This document shows positions 29,941 to 40,649 of a stretch of 64,000 nt of DNA, in pieces. The notes below the pieces were generated by a model that was not told the origin of the DNA, did no database searches, and was given only the letters and a program-made list of their open reading frames with translations. Numbering within the stretch: the stretch's first letter is position 1; each line of letters starts with the position of its first letter. Made by a program: the position numbers and the translations under genes. Source of the DNA: an uncultured virus (IMG/VR IMGVR_UViG_3300025530_000412) (taxonomy: Duplodnaviria > Heunggongvirae > Uroviricota > Caudoviricetes); IMG/VR virus record IMGVR_UViG_3300025530_000412; one strand, 5' to 3'.

Positions 29941-30720
29941 TTATGCATCTTCATAGATAACCATATCGTATAGTGTATCTACACCATTAATTTTAACCGG
30001 AAACACATCAATAGTAAGTGATAGCGTGCTAGGATCTCCTGTTGGAGAATTAGTAATCGTAAAGTTTGGTTGTAATTTTGCTTTATAATATTTCAATTGG
30101 GCAGATACAATTTCACCAGAAATTTCATCAGAATACACAGTGTCACCAACCATAAAAATATATGGAGGAAATCCTTTTGCAGTAAAGGATAGTTTATGTG
30201 AACTTGTTGCGCTCCATCTATAAAATACCATAACTTCTTCACCAATATTTACTGTAGAACCAACAGCTAATTGAACTTCATTTGCATTAATACTTTCAAC
30301 AGTTTGTGATTGACCCAAAATTCCATTTACATATGAAAATACTGCAATATCTGCTGTCGTACCCACAGGAGTTTTAGACAAGGTAATAACCTTTTCACCA
30401 GTTCCGCCATCTTGAACCGTTAAAGTTTCATTTTTGTAAATATCATTTGCACCTGAAGAAATATTTTCACCAGCAAGTAATGCTAGATGTTGCATTGAAA
30501 AAATTTGAGTTTCAACAGTTACCGTAGTTTCTTTATCACCATGCCATGCAATACGCCTTGGGTTTCCAGATCCACCTCTCGCATAAACTGTTTCTGCGGT
30601 ATTTTCTGTCTGTGCTGAAGTTGCATAATCCATTGTTAAAATGGGATTTTTAGTAACATAATCAAAAAAGGTAAAATTCATAATTTCCCTAGAACCATAA
30701 CGCCCTAAATTTAATGCCAT
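29941..30720 (-). CDS. Major tail tube protein
   Basis: YARGGSGNPRRIAW, F.IT.SPTGDPS; strong RBS; flanked by terminators. Confidence 0.75.
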   Translation of the reverse strand: MALNLGRYGSREIMNFTFFDYVTKNPILTMDYATSAQTENTAETVYARGGSGNPRRIAWHGDKETTVTVETQIFSMQHLALLAGENISSGANDIYKNETLTVQDGGTGEKVITLSKTPVGTTADIAVFSYVNGILGQSQTVESINANEVQLAVGSTVNIGEEVMVFYRWSATSSHKLSFTAKGFPPYIFMVGDTVYSDEISGEIVSAQLKYYKAKLQPNFTITNSPTGDPSTLSLTIDVFPVKINGVDTLYDMVIYEDA

Positions 30721-30771
30721 TTATATATTCCTCCTTATTTAATATAAAAATAAAAAATCTCCTTTCGGAGA

Positions 30772-31497
30772 TTAGAATTTGCCTTTTGTAATCCACTCAG
30801 GTAGTTTTTCATCTTTACCCAAATAACCATTTGCCCATACGCGCAACAATCTTGTGTGTTTTTCTTTTATATTTAACCTTTCAAAGTGTTCATAAACTTG
30901 ATAAATTGTTAAATTGCCAACATTGAATATATTTATTCCATTCCCGTCAGCATTACACAACACAGATAGCATATCTTTTAATCCTAATGAATCATCTTCA
31001 TTTTTCTTATATTGACTTCTTAATTTCTGTAATTTCTCATACATTTCTTTTGCCTTATTATTTTTAAATTTTAAAGGTTTATTATCATCAATAACCCCAT
31101 TCGATTCTTTTATAATCTTTGCAACTGCTTCATAATTATTTCTATTCAAAAACTCTTTTCCTTTTACAAAAAAAGATGATGTTGAATATATAAATTCAAC
31201 ATCGTCCTCATGAATAAAAAATTTTAATGCCTGTATTAATTCTTCCCTTATTACCGGAATCAAAATAAATAAATCAAATGCATTATCATTTTCAATTTCT
31301 TTAAACCTGTCATCATCTAAGTTAAATAAATATTTAAATACCGTTTCTTTATTAAAAGTTGCAATTGCTAAATAAATGCTGTATTGTATCTCCCCAATTT
31401 CTACAATACTATTAATTGTTGGAGAATATATATTTACACCATTTATTTGTACTGGTTTTCCCAAAAAGTAATTTAGGCGATTATCCACTGTAATCAC
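30772..31497 (-). CDS. Phage tail-region structural/hypothetical protein
   Basis: IYSPT...I..IG, NLTIYQ..EHF.R pattern; operon position. Confidence 0.6.
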   Translation of the reverse strand: MITVDNRLNYFLGKPVQINGVNIYSPTINSIVEIGEIQYSIYLAIATFNKETVFKYLFNLDDDRFKEIENDNAFDLFILIPVIREELIQALKFFIHEDDVEFIYSTSSFFVKGKEFLNRNNYEAVAKIIKESNGVIDDNKPLKFKNNKAKEMYEKLQKLRSQYKKNEDDSLGLKDMLSVLCNADGNGINIFNVGNLTIYQVYEHFERLNIKEKHTRLLRVWANGYLGKDEKLPEWITKGKF

Positions 31498-32025
31498 CTA
31501 ATTCCACTCATAAGGCTTATAAGCAATATAACTTCCAAGATAATCATTATTAATATAAATTTCATCCATTTTATCAAACTCAAGCTTTCCTATTCCAATT
31601 CCTCGCACATCATTCATTAATTTATCAATTTCAGAAATAATATAATCATAACGCAAAAATCCATAGTCTGTTGTAATCAAACTTTTATGAGTAATTGCAA
31701 ATATTTGAATTAAACCAGACTTGAATTTATTTCCACCTTTTGTTAATCGATAATTTCTAAATGAAAACAAAATATATGATGATGCTTCTGAAGAAGTTTC
31801 AGGAATACGATAATAAGGATATATTTTGTCCATTATTAATTCGGAGGGATCAACAATATCAGGTTGATCTAAAAAGTTTGAACTGGTATATTTTAATGCC
31901 TTGCATATACCTTGAGATGAAAGAATTCTTTCAATTATTGTCATTTTATCTTTACTTAAATCTTGTAACCTTGATATTTCAATCCCCTCCTTTAAAATAG
32001 ACTTTTCATTTGTATCCTTGACCAA
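31498..32025 (-). CDS. Putative tail terminator/neck protein
   Basis: IYPYYRIP, RYDYI..EID.L....GIG.L. Confidence 0.55.
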   Translation of the reverse strand: MVKDTNEKSILKEGIEISRLQDLSKDKMTIIERILSSQGICKALKYTSSNFLDQPDIVDPSELIMDKIYPYYRIPETSSEASSYILFSFRNYRLTKGGNKFKSGLIQIFAITHKSLITTDYGFLRYDYIISEIDKLMNDVRGIGIGKLEFDKMDEIYINNDYLGSYIAYKPYEWN

Positions 32026-32993
32026 GCAATAACGGTATTATCACTATTCAAAGTTGCTTTCAATTGAACATATCCTGATATTGCACCATTATTTTTTACA
32101 ATACAATTTGTTCCCGTTTGACTTGTAATTGTTGCTAATGTCGTGGAACTAGCCCGATCATCTGCAAACAATTGCCATGTTACCGTTTCATTTGGCACTA
32201 ATGTTGAGCCATCATACACTTCAATGAAATATTCTTTTTGCTGATTTTTTCTTATCTCATATGGTGTAGTAGATGTGGACTTTATAACTAATGTTAGTCC
32301 GGTAACTGGTAATGAAGGAGTAGTATCCTCATTTTCTGAAGTGTAATAATCAGCTATACCTAATTCTAAATTATCAGTTGCAGGATTAAATTGGTCATCT
32401 TTTAAATTAAGATTTACCAATCCCTCTTCACTGACATAATCAAAATCAATTACTTTAAATACACTTCCTCCAAATATAAAGCGCACGTCTCTTTTTATTT
32501 TTATTGTATGTTCATTTTTCTGAACAACTACTTGTCTACGTCCATCTGGAAGTGTCATAACCTTGTCTGAATAAGTTCCAAAGTTAGCTTTGGTTCCATA
32601 ATAAAATATACAAGGGTAAGAGTGGATTGTTCCACTTTCATCTTTCCATTTAAGATTGGCATTACATTTTTCAATAAAGCCTGTTTGATATACATCTTTA
32701 GAATGATCAGCAGATATGCATATCCAGTTTTCATTATTCCAATTAACAATCCATCCTGCTTCAATTGTATCATTAGGTTTCATAATAATTTTTTTTGTGG
32801 TGGGTGTTTTTGTATCCTCTACAATCCATACCCACGTACTTTCTGTATTATCATTCAAATAAACTTCTTTTGCAGAAGGATTATCTAAAAAAGAATTAAG
32901 AACAGTATTTTGAACATCATTAATATATACATTTTTTAATGAATAAGCATTATAAGAATCGTTTCTTTTTATATATTTATCTTTATAACTCAT
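31992..32993 (-). CDS. Putative head closure/neck protein with C-terminal Ig-like domain
   Basis: CNANLKW, RFIFGG..FKV, DNLELGIADYY. Confidence 0.6.
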   Translation of the reverse strand: MSYKDKYIKRNDSYNAYSLKNVYINDVQNTVLNSFLDNPSAKEVYLNDNTESTWVWIVEDTKTPTTKKIIMKPNDTIEAGWIVNWNNENWICISADHSKDVYQTGFIEKCNANLKWKDESGTIHSYPCIFYYGTKANFGTYSDKVMTLPDGRRQVVVQKNEHTIKIKRDVRFIFGGSVFKVIDFDYVSEEGLVNLNLKDDQFNPATDNLELGIADYYTSENEDTTPSLPVTGLTLVIKSTSTTPYEIRKNQQKEYFIEVYDGSTLVPNETVTWQLFADDRASSTTLATITSQTGTNCIVKNNGAISGYVQLKATLNSDNTVIAWSRIQMKSLF

Positions 32994-33418
32994 TTTAAAT
33001 CACTCAAATTTCCATTATTATATGTGTAATCTAAAATTAATTTATTTGCTTCTTTCCTCTTTACATCTCGTAACATTATCAATTTTTCAAGATGATTTGC
33101 TTGAGATGTCATTTTAAAATCTTTACTACTTATAAATTGTTTGAGATTTTGTAAAGAAATAATCATTGGATTTAAATATTCAATTACCATCAAAGTTCCT
33201 AAAATAAGAATTTCTTCATCAGATAAAGTTTGATTAAATTGTGTGTCGTCACGACTAGATAAATCCTTTAAACATTTACGAAACTTTGGAATACTGTTTA
33301 ATAAATATCTCTTTTTCAATTCATCATCGGTATCCTGTTCCATAAATACAGGATCGTGAATTTGACTTAGAAAAACATCATAAATGTCAGTAAAAGGAGT
33401 AGCCATAAAATCACACAC
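32990..33418 (-). CDS. Putative head-tail adaptor
   Basis: TPFTDIYDVFL..I.D, L.DEEI.IL, DFKMTSQANHL. Confidence 0.6.
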   Translation of the reverse strand: MCDFMATPFTDIYDVFLSQIHDPVFMEQDTDDELKKRYLLNSIPKFRKCLKDLSSRDDTQFNQTLSDEEILILGTLMVIEYLNPMIISLQNLKQFISSKDFKMTSQANHLEKLIMLRDVKRKEANKLILDYTYNNGNLSDLK

Positions 33419-33424
33419 CCAATA

Positions 33425-34024
33425 TTAAATATTTGGGTCTAAAGATTCACCCAATCCATCTTCAATTGCTCTAATAATATGAATATTTGTTAATTCACCA
33501 TTTACATATTTTTCTTTTGCAAAACCATAAATCAAGCGTTTTGCATTTGAATTTGCTTCTTTTACTACTTTTAATATTTGTTCGGGTTCAGAAGTTAATA
33601 ATCTTTCTAAATCTTCAGGAGTTACAACTTCTTGTTGAAATCTTTCTAAATTCAAATATTCAATAACCTCATCATCCAAAACACGAATCCAACCTCTTGT
33701 TAAGAATTTGCGTGCAGAAGATAGCATGGTGCGAAGTTCACGTAATTCCATTACATCTTCATCACCATACCGTTCAAATTTCCACACTTTGCCCGTTCTT
33801 GGATCAATATAAGTCAATCTACCCTGAACTCCACTAGCAATTGGAACAAGCATATTTTCATCAAGTTTTTTTCTAACATTTGTTTTCGATTGTTGTTCAG
33901 CAACTTTATTATCCTTGTTATTATAATCCAACTCATTATAATCTAATTTTTCATTTTTAAGTTCTGTATTAACTTCGTTAGGCTTAACAACCGTTTTTTT
34001 CATTCCAGCATTTCCTTTTGCCAA
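33425..34024 (-). CDS. Head-region hypothetical protein (YonA-like position)
   Basis: Directly downstream of the capsid gene; W.F..YGD. Confidence 0.55.
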   Translation of the reverse strand: MAKGNAGMKKTVVKPNEVNTELKNEKLDYNELDYNNKDNKVAEQQSKTNVRKKLDENMLVPIASGVQGRLTYIDPRTGKVWKFERYGDEDVMELRELRTMLSSARKFLTRGWIRVLDDEVIEYLNLERFQQEVVTPEDLERLLTSEPEQILKVVKEANSNAKRLIYGFAKEKYVNGELTNIHIIRAIEDGLGESLDPNI

Positions 34025-34096
34025 TTTATACTCATCTCCCTTTATTTTTGTAAAAAATACAGGAGAGGATATTTTCTCCTCTCCTGTAAATTAATA

Positions 34097-35092
34097 TTAT
34101 TGAAGAATATATACGCCGTAAATATCACCAGAAACAGCAGCAGCCCCATATTTTCTACGCACTACATATTCTTGACTGTCATCTGCATTTTGTTGATCAG
34201 TAACTTCTTTGATCAACGTTCCACCTTCCATAACGAATTTAATCATTTTTTCATTACCATTAGGAAGGATTAGCAAGAAATCATTATCAATAATAAAATC
34301 ATATGTTCCAACTTTATGTGCTTGAGGAATAATACCAAATTGAATACCATCAACGGTTTCAAAGAAACCATTTTGATTACGACTATCTTTCATAGAATCA
34401 GAAATATAATTAGAATTGGGAACAGCTTTGCTTACTGCAATACGAGTACCAATAACCATTGGTTCTAGTCCAGTAGCGGCACGAACATGTTCAACAATCA
34501 AATTGAACTCTTCTAGATCCCAAGCGCCAGTATGAGAAAACGGAGCGGTAACCCCACTATATGCACCTTTAATCGCAGTATAAATAGTTTCTTGAATTTT
34601 ATTGGTAAATGACCGTTCTACACGATTAACCAAATCATTCCAGTCTACACGACCAGCAAGGAAGCGTTCCAATTCATCATAAAACTTAACACCTTCCCAC
34701 CCAGTCTCAATTTGGAACGGTTGCATTTCACCAATACGTTGTCTACGAAGGTTATTAGTTCCACCAGCAATAGAACTTACACGGAATAGTTCACGATTCG
34801 GTGGACGGAATTGAAGTTTGTCACCAAAGGCTACACTACGATAATCTACAAAGCGTTCAAATTGATTTTTCAAACCTTCTTCTAAACGAACATCAAGAAC
34901 TTCTTCAATGATTTCAAAGATAGCTGTTTGATTTCTGCGGAATTTTTTATAATCAAATTTGCCATCTTCCATGCCAGCTAATTCATTAAGTGCCCTACGA
35001 AACGTTTCATTAGCTTCATCAACAGAAAAATTAGTTACTTTTCCAAAAGAAAGATCAATACCTAGATCGATAATAGCTTTAACATTTTCCAT
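34097..35092 (-). CDS. Major capsid protein
   Basis: IFEIIEEVLD, FVDYRSVAFGD, LRRQRI, ELERFLAGRVDW; high-expression codon bias. Confidence 0.8.
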   Translation of the reverse strand: MENVKAIIDLGIDLSFGKVTNFSVDEANETFRRALNELAGMEDGKFDYKKFRRNQTAIFEIIEEVLDVRLEEGLKNQFERFVDYRSVAFGDKLQFRPPNRELFRVSSIAGGTNNLRRQRIGEMQPFQIETGWEGVKFYDELERFLAGRVDWNDLVNRVERSFTNKIQETIYTAIKGAYSGVTAPFSHTGAWDLEEFNLIVEHVRAATGLEPMVIGTRIAVSKAVPNSNYISDSMKDSRNQNGFFETVDGIQFGIIPQAHKVGTYDFIIDNDFLLILPNGNEKMIKFVMEGGTLIKEVTDQQNADDSQEYVVRRKYGAAAVSGDIYGVYILQ

Positions 35093-35139
35093 ATTTCTAT
35101 ATTCCTCCTAATTAATAATAATTTAACTTTTAATTTAAA

Positions 35140-35628
35140 TTAGCATTTAACTACACGATAAACCGTGCAATCTTCACCATATACCTTTTCTTTAGCAATA
35201 ACTACAGCAGCAAAACGAGTTCCGCCAGAAAGATCAGCAGCAGGAACAAGTTTTACACTTCCATTTTCAGGAACAAGATATTGACCAACAACACTAGTGC
35301 CGTTAATCATATTGTCAGTTACAGTTACGATGTCACCAACAGTAAAATGATAAGCGCGTGCAGGTTTATTAGCTTTATTGTAAAAATCACCTAATCCTTC
35401 ACGTTGAGGATCATAAAGAAGTTCAGGAGACGCAACAAGTAGAACTTCTTGAGTTGCTACGTCAGTTGGAGCAGATGCTTCCACAACCTCTCCACCTGCA
35501 TTTGCAACTAAACCACCAATTGCAACTACAGAGCCATTGTCTAGATCCACAGTTGCTTGAATAGATTCAATATTTCCCGCATATACAGCTTGAAGTTTGT
35601 CAAGTCTCACAATACCATGATTTGCCAT
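35140..35628 (-). CDS. Capsid decoration/cement protein
   Basis: Between scaffold and capsid genes; LDNG.VV, FYN.A.KPARAY....GD. Confidence 0.6.
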   Translation of the reverse strand: MANHGIVRLDKLQAVYAGNIESIQATVDLDNGSVVAIGGLVANAGGEVVEASAPTDVATQEVLLVASPELLYDPQREGLGDFYNKANKPARAYHFTVGDIVTVTDNMINGTSVVGQYLVPENGSVKLVPAADLSGGTRFAAVVIAKEKVYGEDCTVYRVVKC

Positions 35629-35725
35629 TATTTAATTTCCTCCTTATAATTTAAAAAATATTATTTTTAATATAAAAAACACATCTTGATATAAGATGTG
35701 TTTTAAACAAATTTCAAATTTAAAT

Positions 35726-37327
35726 TTACTTATGTCTGTATTTTTCAATTAATTCTTCATACGACTTTCCAGTTTTCTTTGGTTGAACTGGTTCATTCAT
35801 TTGTAAATCAATAATTTTTGGTTTATCTTGAATAGAAAAATTAAGTTTTGCTTTTTTCTTGCCAACTAAAGCAAATAATCTATCTTTGATTTCATCAAGT
35901 TCCATATTATCTTTGTTATTTTTAACCTCTGCCATTTCTTCTTCAGTCAACTCTTTCGCAAAAGCAGTAAAGATTTCATTTTCTGCTTCTTCTCGTTCTG
36001 CTTTAAGTTTAGCAGCATATTCAGCATTCAATTTTGTATATTCATCTTCAATAGCAGTATAACGATCTTTGAGAGTATTGAATTGTTCTACAAGTTGTTG
36101 ATATTCTGTTTGTTTTGTTGATAATTTTGATTCGGCATCAGTTTTATATGTAGAAAATTCATTATTAATTTTTTCAATTTCATATTGGTTTCTCTCAACT
36201 GACATCAAGGAAATTGCTTCTGTTCCATCCTCAATATCTTGAGGAACCCATTTAATTCTTTTCTTAGTTGAAAAATCAATAGTAATTTTGTCACCATTTA
36301 CAGTGTAATTAATGCCAACAGGTAGATAATTATTTTGAGTATCTTCTGCGTATACTCGATTTTCATCATGATCAATGTACCAATAAGCCCTTACAGTATC
36401 TCCCCAACGATCAACAACTTTTTCTTGTGACAGAATTGCTCGAAGTTCTTGCTCAAATTGTTTAGCAGTTAAAGCAAAATCAGTTTGTGTAGGCTTATTT
36501 TTATTTTGTGATTCAACACGTTTGATCAATTCATTTTCTAACTCTTCAAGTGTATATTTTTCCAAATTAGCTTTTAGTTCAGCAACATCTTCTTCTTTAA
36601 GTGTTGGATATTTATTAAAAAGTTCAAGTTTTTCGTCCACTTGATTGCCTCCTTTGTTATCATCTTTAACATTAATTTGTGAAAATGTACTGTTGAATTC
36701 TTTTAATAATTCAATATAATCTTCTTGGTAATTGTATTGTGTAAATAGTTCAAGTTCACTTCCACGCATAGCTGGAATTACATCATCACCCAAAAGACAC
36801 AATCCTTCAAATTTAAATTCGGTAAATTCAAACAATCCATCTTTGTTGAATTTTCCTTTAATCGATTCTGGTTGTAATTCCATTGATTGGCCTTTAACTC
36901 CATCTCTTTGTATAATATCAATACATTCAGGAAACTTCGTATGTAATAAAACTTCAGCAGTTAAAAACTCCCTCTTAATACCATCATCACACATTTTCCA
37001 CTCGAATTTGGCATTATTGCTTTCAGGCACAATGCCATACATTCTACCCAAGTATTCAATCTTAACACCATTTTTGTCAATAATAAGACGCTGTTCATGC
37101 CCCTTAAAATCTGTCTGATTTAAATTATTTACTTCTATAAATCCCAATACAGGAATATTTGCAAGAGATGGAATTGCCGCTTCTATAACTTCTTTGCTAA
37201 ATATTGAATTGTTTAGATTTTTTCCAGTGTGACAAATCCAAACTTTTCCTCGAACAAATCTACTATCACCAATTTGTTCAATTGTTTCAAATTGAACAGG
37301 AATACTTGTATTTAAACTGAACTTCAA
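35726..37327 (-). CDS. Prohead protease/scaffold fusion
   Basis: HTGKNLNNS, DFKGHE, QSMEL, GLCLLG.DV.PAM; C-terminal coiled coil. Confidence 0.75.
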   Translation of the reverse strand: MKFSLNTSIPVQFETIEQIGDSRFVRGKVWICHTGKNLNNSIFSKEVIEAAIPSLANIPVLGFIEVNNLNQTDFKGHEQRLIIDKNGVKIEYLGRMYGIVPESNNAKFEWKMCDDGIKREFLTAEVLLHTKFPECIDIIQRDGVKGQSMELQPESIKGKFNKDGLFEFTEFKFEGLCLLGDDVIPAMRGSELELFTQYNYQEDYIELLKEFNSTFSQINVKDDNKGGNQVDEKLELFNKYPTLKEEDVAELKANLEKYTLEELENELIKRVESQNKNKPTQTDFALTAKQFEQELRAILSQEKVVDRWGDTVRAYWYIDHDENRVYAEDTQNNYLPVGINYTVNGDKITIDFSTKKRIKWVPQDIEDGTEAISLMSVERNQYEIEKINNEFSTYKTDAESKLSTKQTEYQQLVEQFNTLKDRYTAIEDEYTKLNAEYAAKLKAEREEAENEIFTAFAKELTEEEMAEVKNNKDNMELDEIKDRLFALVGKKKAKLNFSIQDKPKIIDLQMNEPVQPKKTGKSYEELIEKYRHK

Positions 37328-37358
37328 TATCTCACCTCCTTGACAAAATCAAAACATT

Positions 37359-38852
37359 TTACTCAGCATTGCTATCATTTTCACGAGTAACAATTCCACT
37401 TTCTAATAATTCAGTTTCATCTTTTAAGGGTCTTCCACCATCATTAGTTTTTCCTCCTGTGGAAGTATGACTTGAACTTAATGGAATTAATTTGTCTGTC
37501 AATTCTAGTACATCATTCTCTAAATAAGCATTAATATACATTGAACTAGGTTGCATTCCTAATATAGAAATCAATTCATTTTTTACTGGAATTCCAAATT
37601 GAGCAGCCTTTAATCTTGTATCAAAATAATCTTTAACATTAAATTTAGTTGTTTCAAGAATTCTTACTCTAAATTTATACTGTCCTCTCTGCTCACTTTT
37701 TAGATATTCATTAATCCATCTCTCAAATTCTTTTACTAATGGAATTAGGGTAGCTTCATCAGCTTGAACCGAATACTTTAATGATGTGCTTGAATCATTA
37801 TTGCCAAACAATAATTCAGATACGCCAGCTTCATTCCAATACTGACTTGTAGCTTCGCTAACTTTATTTTTATCTACTGTATCTTTTTCAAATTCTACCG
37901 GTTCAATATCCATTGGAGTAGTAATAATCCCAACTTGTGGTGGCAATGAAGACGAAATATTATCATGAAATATTTTTACATAATCCTCAGAAATTAAGAA
38001 CTCATCTTTTTCTGCATCTTTTCCGTCTTTCATTGGAATTTTTTGAAATAATATTTTATAATTCCCAATTTCCTCTTTACCTTTGTTCATTGCTTTGAAA
38101 TCTGCAATATCCAAAATTCCTTCAAACAATCCTACAAGTGGTGGAATTGGGTAAGTCCAAGGACTTGTTTTAATACATATTGCATTTGGAGATTCAATTT
38201 TTACCCAATAATCTGCTGTTTTATTTTTCTGGTTCTTTAATTGATTATAAATTGTTGTAAACTCTTCTGGGTAATTAGAAAGTAATTGTTCATTGTTGTT
38301 AAAAATAGAAAAATTAAAAGAATATCCATACAATCCAGTTTCAAAATTAATATATGAGATAGTACAATAATCAGGATTTAATTGTTGAATATAAAATCCA
38401 TTTTTGCTTGGACGCGCAAAACCATAAAAAACACCATCTATATATGAATTGATACGAATCTTTAACGATTCATGTTTAATATTCATTTTTTCAATGGAAG
38501 ATATTGACTTTAAATATGCTTTCTTATATTTTTCTTTATCTGTAGTAGCAGGATCAATGTCATAACCTTCTATAACATAATCAAAATTATATAATGTTGA
38601 ATAATAATTGATTAAACTCCTATAATGTGGAGAAGTAAAATACAATGCTCTAGAAATTTCACGTAATTTTTTTTGATTATTTGATTGCGATATATCTTTT
38701 AAATATCGTTTCAATTCATCCTTTGTAAATGTTGAAACTACACTTTCCTTTTTATATAAAGTTAAATCAATAAGGTTTAATTGTCTAAAGATTTGGAACA
38801 TTTTTTGACGAAGTTCTCGCAATTCCTCTTGTGTCGGCAATGATTGTTGCAA
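37359..38852 (-). CDS. Portal protein
   Basis: Follows terL; LREISRALY, C-terminal PLSSSHT..G...GGRP. Confidence 0.75.
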   Translation of the reverse strand: MQQSLPTQEELRELRQKMFQIFRQLNLIDLTLYKKESVVSTFTKDELKRYLKDISQSNNQKKLREISRALYFTSPHYRSLINYYSTLYNFDYVIEGYDIDPATTDKEKYKKAYLKSISSIEKMNIKHESLKIRINSYIDGVFYGFARPSKNGFYIQQLNPDYCTISYINFETGLYGYSFNFSIFNNNEQLLSNYPEEFTTIYNQLKNQKNKTADYWVKIESPNAICIKTSPWTYPIPPLVGLFEGILDIADFKAMNKGKEEIGNYKILFQKIPMKDGKDAEKDEFLISEDYVKIFHDNISSSLPPQVGIITTPMDIEPVEFEKDTVDKNKVSEATSQYWNEAGVSELLFGNNDSSTSLKYSVQADEATLIPLVKEFERWINEYLKSEQRGQYKFRVRILETTKFNVKDYFDTRLKAAQFGIPVKNELISILGMQPSSMYINAYLENDVLELTDKLIPLSSSHTSTGGKTNDGGRPLKDETELLESGIVTRENDSNAE

Positions 38853-38876
38853 TTGTACTTTGGCTTTAATGACACG

Positions 38877-40649
38877 TCACCTCCTTGCATATATATTTGG
38901 TTTGTGTATTAATAAATACTTATATGGATCGATATTTTGCTTTTCTGCTACTTTTTCCATAAAATTTTTGATATACCAAAGTACCATAGATAAACTACTA
39001 TATCTATCTTTATCAACTCTTTTTGTTACTTGTTCAACAGTTAATTTTCCACTTTGTAAATGTTTTATTTTTAAATTTGCAATTTCTTCAATTAATCTGT
39101 CTGTTTGAATATGTGGATAAATTCTTTTTGCAAACTCTTTATCATTTATATCATAATTATTTTCAGAAACTTTTTCTAATAATTGAAGTTTTTTGCTTTC
39201 TACCATATCAATAAAATTAACAATAATATCATGATTAATTCCTTGTGCGGTTAAAGCGTAAACAACTTTCTCAGCATTATTTGTTTCTGGTTCATGATCT
39301 GTATTTATAGTCTTCCAGCAACCCAAACTTTCACCACTTATTGGATCTGTCGTCTCTTTTAATAATTCATCCAATAAGCCTGAACCTACACCATTAGTAT
39401 CCACAACAACTACACTTGCTTTATATACATTTCTGATTTTTTTTACTTCTATTGCTTGAGCAGAAAAATTTAATCCGTTAGGTAAATTGATTAAATTAAC
39501 AAGAGAAAGCATTGTAATTCTGCCTTCTTTATTTCTTTTTATTTTAACAACTGCAATAGAAGTTTGGTTATTACTTTCTGATTGTGAACGTGCAACGTCT
39601 ACTCCAATAGCATATTCAGATGTTTTCTTTCCATCATGCGAAAATTCAGGTGCAGATAAAGTTCTTAAATCTAATAATTTATTTATATCAACTAATGCTC
39701 CATCTGTTGCACCGATCCATTTAGATTCATAGTTCATAGCAAAATAAGTTGGTGATAATCTTGATTTTTTATCAAGTATGGCAGATTTAGGTTCTCCACG
39801 CCCATAATTAACTGCAAGTTGCCAATCAGAACCCAAAACTATTTTTCCTTTTAATTCTGCCATTTCATCAATCATTTTTATATTTCTTTCAAACTCATCA
39901 GATCCTCTAAAACCTGAAGTAGTAAAAAAATTAATTTGACCATTTAATTCTTCTGGGTTAACGACAGCTTTTTTACCAATAGTACGTCTTGGAACATTTG
40001 GAATTGGCTCCAAAACATCTTCAAATAATTCGTTATTTAATAGTGCTGCTTCTTCAATCTGTAATCTTTTTCTTCTTTGTCCCTTACTACTTTGAGCATT
40101 GGCTAGAACGTCAATTCTCCCACCAGAAATAAATCTGATTTCTGCACTATCTTTTGTAAATGAAGGATTTCCAGCTACTTCATTTTGTATTAATGGGTAA
40201 AATTTAATGATTTCACGCCATTTATCTTCAAGAATTTTACTTGCGTTTTGTAGCGTTTGAGCAGTCATTGATATCTCAATATCTGGATACCAAATAGCCG
40301 CATGAACCATACCTAATACTTCACAAAATGTTTTTCCATAACCTCGGGGAAAAACACCATACATAGAAACAAATCTTGCTATACATCTTAAAAATATTCT
40401 TTGGTCTAAATCTAATCTAATACCACCAGTTTCAGGAGTAATTAAGTCATACCAAAGATCAGGAAACCAACGTGCCCAACTTACAAAATCAATATATTTA
40501 TGTAAATTAGCCATAAAACTATCTTTTTGTTTATCACTAACCATCGAAACAGTTGGATTAAAAGCTGGATTCCTAGTGTCGATTCTATTTCTTGTATGTT
40601 TAGCATTATCTGATTGAAAATGTTTATAACTCGCCATCCTGCTCTTCAC
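38877..40649 (-). CDS. terL: Terminase large subunit
   Basis: Walker A FPRGYGKT, Walker B LQIEEA, nuclease GVDVAR, VVDTNGVG, KDRYSS. Confidence 0.9.
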   Translation of the reverse strand: MKSRMASYKHFQSDNAKHTRNRIDTRNPAFNPTVSMVSDKQKDSFMANLHKYIDFVSWARWFPDLWYDLITPETGGIRLDLDQRIFLRCIARFVSMYGVFPRGYGKTFCEVLGMVHAAIWYPDIEISMTAQTLQNASKILEDKWREIIKFYPLIQNEVAGNPSFTKDSAEIRFISGGRIDVLANAQSSKGQRRKRLQIEEAALLNNELFEDVLEPIPNVPRRTIGKKAVVNPEELNGQINFFTTSGFRGSDEFERNIKMIDEMAELKGKIVLGSDWQLAVNYGRGEPKSAILDKKSRLSPTYFAMNYESKWIGATDGALVDINKLLDLRTLSAPEFSHDGKKTSEYAIGVDVARSQSESNNQTSIAVVKIKRNKEGRITMLSLVNLINLPNGLNFSAQAIEVKKIRNVYKASVVVVDTNGVGSGLLDELLKETTDPISGESLGCWKTINTDHEPETNNAEKVVYALTAQGINHDIIVNFIDMVESKKLQLLEKVSENNYDINDKEFAKRIYPHIQTDRLIEEIANLKIKHLQSGKLTVEQVTKRVDKDRYSSLSMVLWYIKNFMEKVAEKQNIDPYKYLLIHKPNIYARR